From: Polyangiaceae bacterium
Lineage (GTDB): Bacteria > Myxococcota_A > Polyangia > Polyangiales > Polyangiaceae
NCBI GenBank assembly: GCA_044222475.1
Contig: JBGANF010000028.1
Location: 1-64,000, forward strand
Direction of reading: 5' to 3'
Length of the DNA: 64,000 nt
The notes beneath the pieces were generated by a model. The model saw only the letters and a program-made list of their open reading frames with translations, searched no databases and had not been told where the DNA came from. Shown in pieces: positions 9,378 to 18,654 of this stretch (within the stretch, counting starts at the first letter, position 1; the number at the start of each line of letters is the position of its first letter). The position numbers and the translations under genes are program-made.

Positions 9378-10368
9378 CGGGGGCGTCGCCCTGGAGCGCG
9401 CGGCCGAGCGCGCGCCGCACGAGGACCGCGACCATCTGCTTGCGCCACGCCGTGTCGTTGTCGACGTTGGGCAGCGGGTTGCACTCGGTGCGGGCGAGCT
9501 CGCCGATGGCGTCGACCGGGACCTCGGTCGCGCGCTTCCCCTCGGCGAGAGCGCGCGCCTTCGTGACCCGGCGAGGGCGCGCGGCCAGCGCGGAGACGAC
9601 GACGTCGAGGTCGCTGACTTTGGCGTCGTCGTCGAAGTCGATGCGCACCGCGACGGAGATCAGCGGGAAGTCGATCGCGCTCCGCTTGCGCAGCTTCTCG
9701 TACGCGCTGACGCGACCGTCGACGAGGGGAACCCGAAGCGAGAGCACGATCTCGCCTTCGCCGAGGGTCACGTTCCGAATGCCGTCGGCGGTCCAGAACT
9801 TCGACGCGTGCACCTCGCGAATGCCGGACGGTCCAGCGACGACGATCGTCGCGTCGAGCGCGATGGCGGCGGCGGCGGTGTCGTTCGAGGCGGCGGCGAC
9901 GCACTTCTGGCCGCCGGCGACGACGTGGCACACGGTACCGTCCTTCTTGAGGCAGAAGCCGAGCGACGAGCGCCAGAAGTAGGTCTGGTTGTAGTAGCGG
10001 CAGCGCGTGTCGAGGCAGAGGTTTCCGCCGAGCGTGCCCATGCGCCGGTGGTGCGGTCCGCCGACCGCTGCCGCCGCCTCGGCGAGAGCGCGCGCGTGGG
10101 CCAGCGCGGCCGGATGGGAGGCGAGTGCGTCGAGGGTGGTCATCGCGCCGAGGTGCAGCGACGTGGGGTCGATCTTCGTCGCCCCGAGCTCGGCCACGTT
10201 CGCGAGCGAGATGAGCTGCCGCGGCGCGAACAGCCCTTGCTTCATGTTCGGTACCAAATCGGTACCACCGGCGACGACGAGCGCATCGGGCCCGAACCGC
10301 CCGAGGAGAGCGATCACCTCGTCGACGGTGCGCGGGGCGTGTAGGTCGAACGAGGGCAGGGGCAACAT
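9370..10368 (-). CDS. hcrB: FAD subunit of xanthine-oxidase-family enzyme, 4-hydroxybenzoyl-CoA reductase beta-like
   Basis: AGGTDL and GTLGGNL FAD motifs plus the Cys-rich insert CLDTRCRYYNQTYFWR..CLKKDGTVCH..C typical of the HcrB [4Fe-4S] loop; TGATG coupling to upstream gene. Confidence 0.8.
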   Translation of the reverse strand: MLPLPSFDLHAPRTVDEVIALLGRFGPDALVVAGGTDLVPNMKQGLFAPRQLISLANVAELGATKIDPTSLHLGAMTTLDALASHPAALAHARALAEAAAAVGGPHHRRMGTLGGNLCLDTRCRYYNQTYFWRSSLGFCLKKDGTVCHVVAGGQKCVAAASNDTAAAAIALDATIVVAGPSGIREVHASKFWTADGIRNVTLGEGEIVLSLRVPLVDGRVSAYEKLRKRSAIDFPLISVAVRIDFDDDAKVSDLDVVVSALAARPRRVTKARALAEGKRATEVPVDAIGELARTECNPLPNVDNDTAWRKQMVAVLVRRALGRALQGDAPVT

Positions 10369-12656
10369 CAGCGTGCACCCTTCTGCGCGCGGAGCGCCTC
10401 GAGGATCTTCGCCGGCGTGATCGGCAGCTCGTCGATGCGGACTCCGATCGCGTCGAAGACGGCGTTGGCGACCGCCGGGATGCTCGAGTGGAGCGGACCC
10501 TCGCCGGCTTCCTTCGCGCCGTAGGGTCCTTCGGGATCGAGCGACTCGACCGCGAACGCCTCGAGCTCGGGGGTGTCGAGCGTGGTCGGGATGCGGTAGT
10601 CGAGTAGGTTCGGGCCCATGTGCAGGCCCGACGCGCTCGTCGCGTGCTCTTCGAGGAGGGCCTCGGCGACGCCCATGTAGACGCTGCCTTCGATCTGGCC
10701 CTCGACGAGCGTGGGGCAGAGCGCCTTCCCGCAGTCGTGGGCGCACCAGACCTTCTCGACGTGGACGAACCCCGTCTCTTCGTCGACGAAGACCTCGGCG
10801 ACGTGGGCGGTGAAGGAGTACGCCGGCGAGGCGCCGATCGTCCCGCCGCGGTACTTCCCGCCGAGCTCGGGCGGCGTCTTGTACCAGCCGGTCGAGCCGA
10901 GGGTTCCGAACTTCGCCTCCGCGAGGCGCATCGCCTCGTCGGTCGGGATGGCGCGGTCCTCTTGGCCCTTCGCGCAGAGGAACCCGCGCGAGACGAAGAC
11001 GTCCTTGGGGGGACACTCGAGCTTCTCGGCGACGACCGCGACGAGCTTCTCTTTGATCTGCCGCGCGGCGTGGGCGCACGCGTTGCCGTTCATGAACGTG
11101 CCGCGCGACGAGTACGCGCCGAGATCGACGGGGCAGGTGTCGCTGTCGCCGGAGACGACGCGGACCGACCCGAGATCGAGGCCGAGCTCCTCGGCGACGA
11201 TCGTCGCCATGAGCGTGTCGGTGCCCTGGCCGATCTCGCTCGCGCCGGTGAACACCGTGACCAGCCCCGACCGATCGACCTTCAGCGCCACTGCGCTCTG
11301 CGGCATCTCGTTCGGGTAGATCGGGTAGTTCGTGCCCGAGATGTACGCCGAGCTCGCGACGCCGAGCCCTCGCCCGCGTCCGAGCTTTCCGCGCCGCTCC
11401 TTCCACTTGCTCGCCGCTTCGACCCGAGCGAGGCACTCGAGGTACCCGCTCGACGTGACGCGCATGCCGTTGATGGTCTCGCTGTTCTTCTCGACCGCGT
11501 TGCGGCGGCGAAGCTCGATCGGATCCATCTTCAGCCGCGCGGCGATCTTGTCGAGCGTGACCTCGAGCGAGAAGCGCGGTTGCACGCTGCCGTGGCCGCG
11601 CTTCGGCCCGCACGGCGGCTTGTTCGTGAAGTACCGGGTCGCGTCGAACCGGTACGTCGCCGCGGCCGTCGGCAGCGTGAGGAGCTGCCCGGAGTAGTAC
11701 GTGGTGACGAGCCCGAACGACGAGTACGCGCCACCGTCGATCTGGGTCTTCACGTCGATCGCGGTGAGCGTGCCGTCGTTCTTGGCGCCGACGCGCATGT
11801 GCATCCGCATCGGGTGGCGACCGCGGTGGACGTAGAACTCTTCTTCGCGCGTCAGGAGGATCTTCACCGGGCGTCCGGTGATCATCGCGAGCTTCGCGCA
11901 GGCGATCTCGTGACCGAACGGCTCGCTCTTGCCGCCGAACGCGCCGCCGACCGGCGGCTGCACGACGCGGATGCGCGCGGGCGGGATCTCGAGCACGCGC
12001 GACAGCTCGCGGTGCAGGTAGTGAGGCACCTGCGTCGCCGACCACACGGTGAGGAGACCCTCACCGTCCATCTGGGCGATCGTGCAGTGCGTCTCGATCG
12101 GCGCGTGGGCGCTTCCGTGGAAGAAGTAGCGACCGTCCTCGACGAGGTCGGCGCTCGCGAGCGCGCCGTCCACGTCGCCGAAGGCGAGGTCGACCCGCTT
12201 GCTCACGTTGTCGCCGCCTTTGGCGCCAAGGCCGACTTGGGGCTTGCCCATCGCGTCGTCGAGGGTGACCGCGGCGTCGAGGATCTCGTACTCGACCGAC
12301 ACGAGATCGGCCGCGCGCTGCGCGGTGCGCTCGTCGACCGCGGCGATCACCGCGACGCCGTCGCCGACGAAGCGGGCGCGCTCGATCGCGAGGGTGTGCT
12401 CGTCGGGGGTCCACGGGATGATGCCGAAGCGTCGCGGGAGATCCTTGCCGGTGACGATCGCGACGACGCCCGGCTGCGCGAGCGCGCGCGTCGCATCGAT
12501 CGACACGATGCGTGCGTGGGCGTGCGGGCTCCGCACCATCTTCGCGTGGAGCATCCGCGGGAGCCGGATGTCGTCGGTGAAGCGCGTCTCGCCGCGGACC
12601 TTGCGGACGAGATCGCCGCGGCGCCCCGGTCGCCCGATCGGCCCCTGGGTCGTCAC
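10368..12656 (-). CDS. hcrA: Molybdopterin-binding subunit, 4-hydroxybenzoyl-CoA reductase alpha-like
   Basis: RSPHAHARI, GGAFGGK, RGHG, EIGQG, YSSR, GQIEG, AKEAGEG; GTG start overlapping upstream stop. Confidence 0.8.
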   Translation of the reverse strand: MTTQGPIGRPGRRGDLVRKVRGETRFTDDIRLPRMLHAKMVRSPHAHARIVSIDATRALAQPGVVAIVTGKDLPRRFGIIPWTPDEHTLAIERARFVGDGVAVIAAVDERTAQRAADLVSVEYEILDAAVTLDDAMGKPQVGLGAKGGDNVSKRVDLAFGDVDGALASADLVEDGRYFFHGSAHAPIETHCTIAQMDGEGLLTVWSATQVPHYLHRELSRVLEIPPARIRVVQPPVGGAFGGKSEPFGHEIACAKLAMITGRPVKILLTREEEFYVHRGRHPMRMHMRVGAKNDGTLTAIDVKTQIDGGAYSSFGLVTTYYSGQLLTLPTAAATYRFDATRYFTNKPPCGPKRGHGSVQPRFSLEVTLDKIAARLKMDPIELRRRNAVEKNSETINGMRVTSSGYLECLARVEAASKWKERRGKLGRGRGLGVASSAYISGTNYPIYPNEMPQSAVALKVDRSGLVTVFTGASEIGQGTDTLMATIVAEELGLDLGSVRVVSGDSDTCPVDLGAYSSRGTFMNGNACAHAARQIKEKLVAVVAEKLECPPKDVFVSRGFLCAKGQEDRAIPTDEAMRLAEAKFGTLGSTGWYKTPPELGGKYRGGTIGASPAYSFTAHVAEVFVDEETGFVHVEKVWCAHDCGKALCPTLVEGQIEGSVYMGVAEALLEEHATSASGLHMGPNLLDYRIPTTLDTPELEAFAVESLDPEGPYGAKEAGEGPLHSSIPAVANAVFDAIGVRIDELPITPAKILEALRAQKGAR

Positions 12657-14089
12657 GACTTTCCCTTCTCGTACGGCGGAAGCGGCGCCCCCATCTTCTC
12701 TTCGCCGGGGCGGGGCATCTTCGGATCGGTCGTGCCGCGCGCCGCGTCTTCGACCGCGTCGAGGATCGCGGTGTAGCCGGTGCACCGGCAGAGGTTGCCC
12801 GAGAGCGCCAGCTTGATCCGCTCGCGCGTGGGTCGCGGTTCGTTCGTGAGGAGCGCCTTCGCCGCCATGAGCATGCCGGGCGTACAGAAGCCGCACTGAC
12901 CCGCGCCGTGGCGATCGAACGCGTCGAGCAGCGGCTCGAGGTCCTTGCCGGCGCGGAGCTTCTCCACCGTGGTGACTTCCTTGCCCTGACACGACAGCGC
13001 GAGCGTGAGGCACGAGAGCACCGGTCGCCCGTCCACGAGGACGGTGCACGCGCCGCAGTCGCCCTTGTCGCACCCTTGCTTCGTGCCGATCAGATCGAGA
13101 TCGTAGCGAAGCATCTCCAGCAGGGTGCGGCTCGGTCGCGTCGCGACCTCGATCGGGTCGCCGTTGATCTTCAGTCGCAATGTCGCGAGGGGCTCGCGAT
13201 CGATCGTGACGTCGGGCGCGGAGAGCTCGAGGTATCGCTCGAGCGCCCGGCGCGACACCGGAGGCCGCGTCCCCGCGACCGCGAGCTGCTCGACGAGGTA
13301 CTCGATGCGGGTGTTGCCGACGCGCTCGCCGATCCCGTGGGCGGTTCCGTGGACGCCGTCGGCTTCGGCGAACGCAGCGGCGAGCGCGTTGCCGAGCGCG
13401 AGCCCGCGATCGTTGTGGCCGTGCCAGTCGACTTCGACGTGGGCGGCGCCCATGTCCGCGAGCATCTTCTTCACGTGGAGGATGATGGCCCGCGCGCCCC
13501 ACGGGTCGGAGTGACCGACGGTGTCGCACACGCAGACGCGCGTCGCCCCGGCTTCGATCGCGACCTCGTAGAGGGAACGCAAGAGGTCGGGTGGGGTGCG
13601 CGTCGTGTCTTCGGTGACGAGACAGAACGGAAGGCCCGCGCTCTTCGCCGTCTCGGCCGAGCTCTTGATGCGCGACCGAAGCAGATCGGTGTCCCACCCC
13701 TCGACGTACGCTCGAATGGGCGAGCAGCCGATGAAGGCGTACACCCAGATCGGGATCTGAGCCTTCTCGCTCGCTTGCGCGATCGCGCGGACGTCACCCT
13801 CGGTGGTGCGCGCCGCTGCGGTCGGGATGATGGGCAGCTTGGCGACGCGGATCTCGCGTGCGAGCGCGGTGCAGTCGGACACTGCGCGCGGCCCGGCGGC
13901 CGGGAGCCCGACCGACACGTAGTCGACGCCGATCTCGGCCATCGCGTGGATCAGATCGAGCTTGCGACCGAGCGGAGGATCGATCGCCGAGGCGCTCTGG
14001 AGCCCGTCGCGAAGCGTCTCGTCGACGACGCGCGGCGCTCCCGCTTTGCGAGCGGGGGCGCTTTCATCGGTGCGGTTCCAGTCGTACAT
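12653..14089 (-). CDS. Fusion of a LeuA/homocitrate synthase-like DRE-TIM barrel and a 2x[2Fe-2S] subunit (HcrC/CoxS-like)
   Basis: DETLRDGLQ, CDTVG, HGHNDRG, GIGERVGN followed in frame by GTKQGCDKGDCGACTV..C, QCGFCTPG and GNLCRCTGY. Confidence 0.85.
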   Translation of the reverse strand: MYDWNRTDESAPARKAGAPRVVDETLRDGLQSASAIDPPLGRKLDLIHAMAEIGVDYVSVGLPAAGPRAVSDCTALAREIRVAKLPIIPTAAARTTEGDVRAIAQASEKAQIPIWVYAFIGCSPIRAYVEGWDTDLLRSRIKSSAETAKSAGLPFCLVTEDTTRTPPDLLRSLYEVAIEAGATRVCVCDTVGHSDPWGARAIILHVKKMLADMGAAHVEVDWHGHNDRGLALGNALAAAFAEADGVHGTAHGIGERVGNTRIEYLVEQLAVAGTRPPVSRRALERYLELSAPDVTIDREPLATLRLKINGDPIEVATRPSRTLLEMLRYDLDLIGTKQGCDKGDCGACTVLVDGRPVLSCLTLALSCQGKEVTTVEKLRAGKDLEPLLDAFDRHGAGQCGFCTPGMLMAAKALLTNEPRPTRERIKLALSGNLCRCTGYTAILDAVEDAARGTTDPKMPRPGEEKMGAPLPPYEKGKS

Positions 14090-14194
14090 GCGCGCAGAGT
14101 TTCCCCCGCGAGATGGAGAATGCGCCTCAAACGGCTGGTTGACCAGCCCTGCCGGCACTCCCAAGACACGCCCCGAGGCGCTAGGCTCGGCCGC

Positions 14195-14758
14195 GTGTTC
14201 GGCATCGTGCTGGCAGCGGGAAAAGGCGGCCGAATGGGGGGTCCCAAGGCCCGCCTCATGGCCTTTGGCAGCACCCTCGCAAAAATCCACGCCGAGCGTC
14301 TCCGTGACGCCGGGGCGACCCGAGTGGTCGTCGTGCTCCGGCCCGAGGACATGGGCTTGGACCTCGGTCCGGGCGCCGCCGTCGAGTCGACCGAGCCGGA
14401 GCAATCCGGGTCGCTGAGCCGCGCCCTCGACGCCCTGGCCCCGCCGCGAGACGCGATCGTCCTCGTCACGCCCGTCGACGCGCTCCCGGCGAGGGTCGAA
14501 ACCATCCGCGCGCTGGCCGCCGCAGTCCGTGACGACACGGACGCGGCGGTGCCGACGTACCAGACCGATCGCGGTCACCCGATCGCGGCACGAGCGTCGG
14601 TGCTCCTCTCCAGTAGTGGGAAGCCCTTGCGCGACGTCCTGCACGATCTGGGAGCTCGTCGCGCGCTCGTCGCGGTGGACGATCCGGCGGTGACGACGGA
14701 TCTCGATACGCCCGACGCGGTCGTGCGGGCGTTGGGAGGACCGCCGCGGTTCGTCTGA
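14195..14758 (+). CDS. Molybdenum cofactor nucleotidyltransferase (MocA/MobA-like)
   Basis: IVLAAGKGGRMGGPKA, PVD, GHP and DLDTP motifs; divergent from the Mo-enzyme operon. Confidence 0.8.
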   Translation: MFGIVLAAGKGGRMGGPKARLMAFGSTLAKIHAERLRDAGATRVVVVLRPEDMGLDLGPGAAVESTEPEQSGSLSRALDALAPPRDAIVLVTPVDALPARVETIRALAAAVRDDTDAAVPTYQTDRGHPIAARASVLLSSSGKPLRDVLHDLGARRALVAVDDPAVTTDLDTPDAVVRALGGPPRFV

Positions 14759-14759
14759 A

Positions 14760-14795
14760 GGCATGGCGCCCAGCTGATGCCCACCGGTCCGGGGC
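14760..14795. repeat. Possible degenerate single arm of the REP-like element
   Basis: GGCATGGCGCCC...GTCCGGGGC matches both ends of the arm at 1-30, between convergent genes. Confidence 0.4.
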
Positions 14796-14801
14796 TGCCC
14801 T

Positions 14802-15755
14802 TCAGATCGGGATCTTCGCCCACGGCCGCAACCGTCCGACGCTCCGCTGATGCGCTTCGATGATTGCGGTGATCTCGAACATCGTCCGCGTGTGCTTGAT
14901 CGACGGCAGGTACCCCACGCGTCGCGCGACCGCGCCGAGCTCGAACGCGAAATACATCGCCATGAGCGGGTTGATCCACAGCGTGCTCCCGCGGGTGCGA
15001 TGCGTTCGGTGCACGTCTCCGAAGTCGCCCTCCACCGCCGAGAGGATCGACGCGTTGACGATGCTTGGTTGCTCCGCCATCGCCGCGTTCACCGTCTCGA
15101 CCGCGGACTTGTAGAATGCAAACTCATCCATCTCCCGCATCAGCGAGAACGCGCCGAGGAAGCCGCCGTCCTTCGCGGTCGCCGCCACCGTCTCGAGCAC
15201 GTGCCCGTGGCTCACCCCGTGGAATGCGTCGACCCCGAAGCCGATGCTCACGAGCAGCTTGGTCGCGAGCGCCAGGTCGTCGGTGGCGGCGATGCTCGCC
15301 ATGTCCTCGGCCGGAGTGCCGAGCCCAGCCTCGTCGCCGATCAACAAGCTGTCGCTTCCTCCGTCGACGAGGACGAGCGCGTCGACCGCGAGCTCCGCCA
15401 CGAGCGCGGCGTACGCGTCCCGCAGCGGGACGACCCCGACCTTCTCGAAGGCGAAGACTCGCGCGGGCTCACCTCGCTCGCCGAGCCAACGCGCGAGGTG
15501 ATGCTCCGGAAAGTAGTCTCGCCCGCCCTTCGTCTCCGGGCCGACCTCGACGACGGCGTCGGTGAGTCGTCGCCCGTCGCAGCCGTCGAGTCGGCTGAAC
15601 GACAGGTTCGCGAGGTGTACCGTGACGCCGCGCCGACGAAGCGCCGCGTACAGCGGCAGACCGGCAAACACGTCGAACCCGCCGCCGGCGCCGGCGAGGA
15701 GAACGCACTTGCTCGAGCCCAGGCGCTCGAAGAGGGGCAGTGTCCCGAGCTCCAC
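14802..15755 (-). CDS. DUF1152-family protein
   Basis: LAGAGGGFDV, LVDGGSDSL.GDE..LGTP.ED, GFGVD motifs. Confidence 0.75.
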   Translation of the reverse strand: MELGTLPLFERLGSSKCVLLAGAGGGFDVFAGLPLYAALRRRGVTVHLANLSFSRLDGCDGRRLTDAVVEVGPETKGGRDYFPEHHLARWLGERGEPARVFAFEKVGVVPLRDAYAALVAELAVDALVLVDGGSDSLLIGDEAGLGTPAEDMASIAATDDLALATKLLVSIGFGVDAFHGVSHGHVLETVAATAKDGGFLGAFSLMREMDEFAFYKSAVETVNAAMAEQPSIVNASILSAVEGDFGDVHRTHRTRGSTLWINPLMAMYFAFELGAVARRVGYLPSIKHTRTMFEITAIIEAHQRSVGRLRPWAKIPI

Positions 15756-15764
15756 GCCCCGAGT

Positions 15765-16136
15765 CTACGGCGCCTTCGGCGCCACGCGCACGGTCTTCCA
15801 CTTCGCGAGGGTGACCAACCCCGCCGGAGCGCCGCGCGGCTTCGACACGCTCCCCGCGAGGCAGTAGTCGACGTTCACCGTCTTCGCCGCGCGCGCCTTC
15901 GAGTGCCACGCGGCCGCCGCCGCCGCCGCTTCGAGGACCTCGCGCGGGACGTCGACCTTCTCCGGGTTGCGAATCACGACGTGGCTTCCCGGAGTCCCGC
16001 CGCCCACGTGGAGCCACGTGTCGTGCGGATCGGCGACGCGAAACGTCAGCTCGTCGTTCTCTTCGCTGCCGCGACCGATCAACACCTCGAAGTCCCCGAT
16101 GCGCACGGTCTTGTACGGGCGTCCCTTGCTCGCCAT
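15765..16136 (-). CDS. Stand-alone NFACT RNA-binding domain protein (DUF814)
   Basis: IGR..EENDELTF, WLHV...PGSHVVI, AAWHSKAR, VSKPRGAPAGLV. Confidence 0.85.
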   Translation of the reverse strand: MASKGRPYKTVRIGDFEVLIGRGSEENDELTFRVADPHDTWLHVGGGTPGSHVVIRNPEKVDVPREVLEAAAAAAAWHSKARAAKTVNVDYCLAGSVSKPRGAPAGLVTLAKWKTVRVAPKAP

Positions 16137-16149
16137 CGAGGTGCCCCCG

Positions 16150-16731
16150 CTATTCGTCGAGCTCGGCGAGCCGCTCGCGGACGTCGTCGTCGAGCGACTC
16201 GTCGCCGGCCATCGAGATCGCGAAGCGCAACCGCGCGAGGTACGCGTCGTCCGCGTCGTCGAGTTGGTCCGTCCCGGCGAGCTCCACGACCGAGCTCATC
16301 GCGTCGACGATGAAGTCGTCGATGTTTCCGCTCGTCGACGTCGCCTTCCAGCCCTCGTCGTGGACCAGGAACCGCACCTTCCCGCTCTTCGCGTTCCACA
16401 CGTGGAGGTCGCCGGCGCCGTTCTTCGCGAGGCACACGTCGTCGGTCGTCATCACCTTGCCGTCGGCGTTCCAGGCCTCGCCTTTGCGTCCGCGCAAGAG
16501 CATCTCCGGGTAGCACTCGAAGTCGAAGACCGAGAAGCTCGTGTTCCCGTCGACGAGCGCTTGGAAGTACGCCAGCACGCGCGGATCGTTCTTCTTCGCG
16601 AGAGCGAGAACCTCCGCGACCGCGGCGTCGTCCTTGGCGAGCTTCTTCCCCACCGGCGGGGCCGCCTCTTCGCGGATGAAGTGGACCCATCGATCGAAGG
16701 GCTTGGACGTGGCGCGCTTGGGCTTGGCCAT
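16150..16731 (-). CDS. Hypothetical protein, possible SMI1/KNR4 (SUKH) immunity-like domain
   Basis: LAKNGAGDLHVW...GKVRFLVHDE....IDDFI resembles the SUKH C-terminal pattern. Confidence 0.5.
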   Translation of the reverse strand: MAKPKRATSKPFDRWVHFIREEAAPPVGKKLAKDDAAVAEVLALAKKNDPRVLAYFQALVDGNTSFSVFDFECYPEMLLRGRKGEAWNADGKVMTTDDVCLAKNGAGDLHVWNAKSGKVRFLVHDEGWKATSTSGNIDDFIVDAMSSVVELAGTDQLDDADDAYLARLRFAISMAGDESLDDDVRERLAELDE

Positions 16732-16764
16732 GGGGTGAGCGCCACCATACGCGAACCGACCGGG

Positions 16765-16799
16765 TTGACACTCGATGTCTACGTATCTAGATATGTAGA
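16765..16799 (+). promoter_or_regulatory. ars promoter and probable ArsR operator
   Basis: TTGACA 16765-16770; near-perfect palindrome TCTACGTATCTAGATATGTAGA 16778-16799 over the -10 region, just before the arsR GTG. Confidence 0.7.
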
Positions 16800-16800
16800 T

Positions 16801-17115
16801 GTGAAGCCGATCGAACGCCACGCCAGCCAGCTCGCGGCCCTCGGCCACGTCGCGCGGGTCTCGCTCCTCCGCGAGGTCGTGCAGGCGGGCGACGGCGGCG
16901 CGACGACGAGCGAGCTCCAGGAGCGCATCGGCATCCCGTGGACGACGCTGAACCATCACCTCGATCGCCTCGTCGACGCGGGCCTCGTGACCACGCGGCG
17001 CGAAGGAAAGTCCGTCATCCACACCGCCGACTACAAGGCGCTCCGCGCGCTGACCAATTTCCTCTGGGAAGACTGCTGCAAGCGCGGTCAGCCCAGCGGG
17101 CCTGCCTGCTGCTGA
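16801..17115 (+). CDS. arsR: ArsR-family repressor with C-terminal Cys pairs
   Basis: ALGHVARV, TLNHHL..LVDAGLV..RREG, C-terminal EDCC...CC. Confidence 0.88.
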   Translation: MKPIERHASQLAALGHVARVSLLREVVQAGDGGATTSELQERIGIPWTTLNHHLDRLVDAGLVTTRREGKSVIHTADYKALRALTNFLWEDCCKRGQPSGPACC

Positions 17116-17132
17116 AACGAAAGGATCCGTCG

Positions 17133-17594
17133 ATGAACGTCCTCAAGCCCCACGTCTCGCTCAACGTCACGAACATCGACGCGTCCGTCGCGTTCTACGA
17201 GAAGGCCTTCGGCGTCAAGCCGACGAAGCTTCGTCCCGGGTACGCGAAGTTCGATCTCGCGTCACCGTCCCTCAACCTCACGATGCAGGAGGCGCCGCGC
17301 ACCGGCGTGAACGCGTCCCATTTTGGGATCCAGGTCGCGAGCACCGACGACGTCGTCCAAGCGACGGCGCGCTTCCGCGATGCCGGCCTGCCGACGCGCA
17401 CCGAAGAGGACACCGAGTGCTGCTACGCCGTGCAGGACAAGGTCTGGGTCGAAGATCCGGACGGAAACCAGTGGGAGGTCTTCTTCGTCAAGGCGGACTC
17501 GCCGGTGATGACGCGCGTCCCCATGGCTGCCGGCTGCTGCACGCCCAAGGCGGCCGAGGCGACCAAGGGGAGCAATGGCGGCTGCTGCGGCTGA
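17133..17594 (+). CDS. arsI: ArsI/CadI VOC-family protein (C-As lyase-like)
   Basis: HVSLNV, HFGIQV, vicinal ECCYA, KVWVEDPDGNQWE; AAGGA RBS. Confidence 0.85.
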   Translation: MNVLKPHVSLNVTNIDASVAFYEKAFGVKPTKLRPGYAKFDLASPSLNLTMQEAPRTGVNASHFGIQVASTDDVVQATARFRDAGLPTRTEEDTECCYAVQDKVWVEDPDGNQWEVFFVKADSPVMTRVPMAAGCCTPKAAEATKGSNGGCCG

Positions 17595-18252
17595 TCTCCC
17601 GCGGCGCGCCGCGTCCGAGGCGATCGGCACTGCGCTCCTCCTCGCGGTCGTGGTCGGCTCGGGCATCATGGGTGACGAGCTGGCCGGCGGCAACGTCGCG
17701 ATCGCGCTCCTCGCGAACAGCATCGCGACCGGCGCCGGCCTCTTGGCGCTGATCCTCGCGTTCGGCCCGGTCTCGGCCCACTTCAACCCGGTCGTCACGC
17801 TCTGCGACGCGTCCCTCGGCGGTACGAAGTGGCGCGACGTGCCGGCCCTGCTCGTCGCCCAAGTCGCCGGCGCGTTCGCCGGGGTGTTCGCCGCCCACGC
17901 GATGTTCGGCAAGGCTCTCGTGTCGGCGTCGCACGCCGATCGCAGCGGCGCGGGACGTGGGTTCGCCGAGCTCGTGGCGACGTTCGGTCTCGTCGCGGTG
18001 ATCCACTCGACGAGCCGCCGAGCCCCCACGAAGACTCCGTTCGCCGTCGCCGCGTACATCACCTCGGCGTATTGGTTCACGTCGTCGACGTCGTTCGCGA
18101 ACCCCGCGGTCACCCTGGCGCGCGCGGCCACGAGCACGTTCGCCGGGATTCGCGCCGTCGACGTGCCGCAGTTCATCGCCGCTCAGCTCGTCGGCGCCGC
18201 CATCGCCGCGGTCGTGTTCCGTTGGCTCGTTCCCCCCGCAGAGGCCGCATGA
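17575..18252 (+). CDS. MIP/aquaporin channel (AqpS-like arsenite channel)
   Basis: HFNPVVT and SFANPAVT loops, YITSAYWFTSSTSF; inside the ars operon. Confidence 0.88.
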   Translation: MAAAAADLPRRAASEAIGTALLLAVVVGSGIMGDELAGGNVAIALLANSIATGAGLLALILAFGPVSAHFNPVVTLCDASLGGTKWRDVPALLVAQVAGAFAGVFAAHAMFGKALVSASHADRSGAGRGFAELVATFGLVAVIHSTSRRAPTKTPFAVAAYITSAYWFTSSTSFANPAVTLARAATSTFAGIRAVDVPQFIAAQLVGAAIAAVVFRWLVPPAEAA

Positions 18253-18653
18253 AGCGCGTCATCTTCGCCTGCATCCACAACGCCGGTCGATCGCAGATGG
18301 CGGCCGCGTGGCTCCGCTTCCTCGCAGATCCCAAGAAGGTACGAGCCGAGTCCGCCGGCACCGACCCCGGCCCCCGCGTCCACCCCGAGGTGCTGTCGGC
18401 CATGGCCGAGGTCGGCGTCGATCTCTCGGCCCTGACCCCGCAGAAGCTGACGGACGAGCTCGCTCGAGGCGCGTCGATGCTCGTCACGATGGGGTGCGGC
18501 GACAAGTGCCCCTACGTACCCGGCGCCAAGGTCGAAGACTGGCCCCTCGAAGATCCCAAGGGAAAGCCGATCGAGCGCGTGCGCGAGATCCGCGACGAGA
18601 TTCGCGCGCGCGTCGCCGCGCTGGTCGCCCGCGAAGGCTGGGGGCCCGACTAG
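18249..18653 (+). CDS. arsC: Arsenate reductase, LMW-PTPase family
   Basis: CIHNAGRSQM (CX5R), MGCGDKCP, WPLEDP; ATGA overlap. Confidence 0.9.
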   Translation: MKRVIFACIHNAGRSQMAAAWLRFLADPKKVRAESAGTDPGPRVHPEVLSAMAEVGVDLSALTPQKLTDELARGASMLVTMGCGDKCPYVPGAKVEDWPLEDPKGKPIERVREIRDEIRARVAALVAREGWGPD

Positions 18654-18654
18654 C

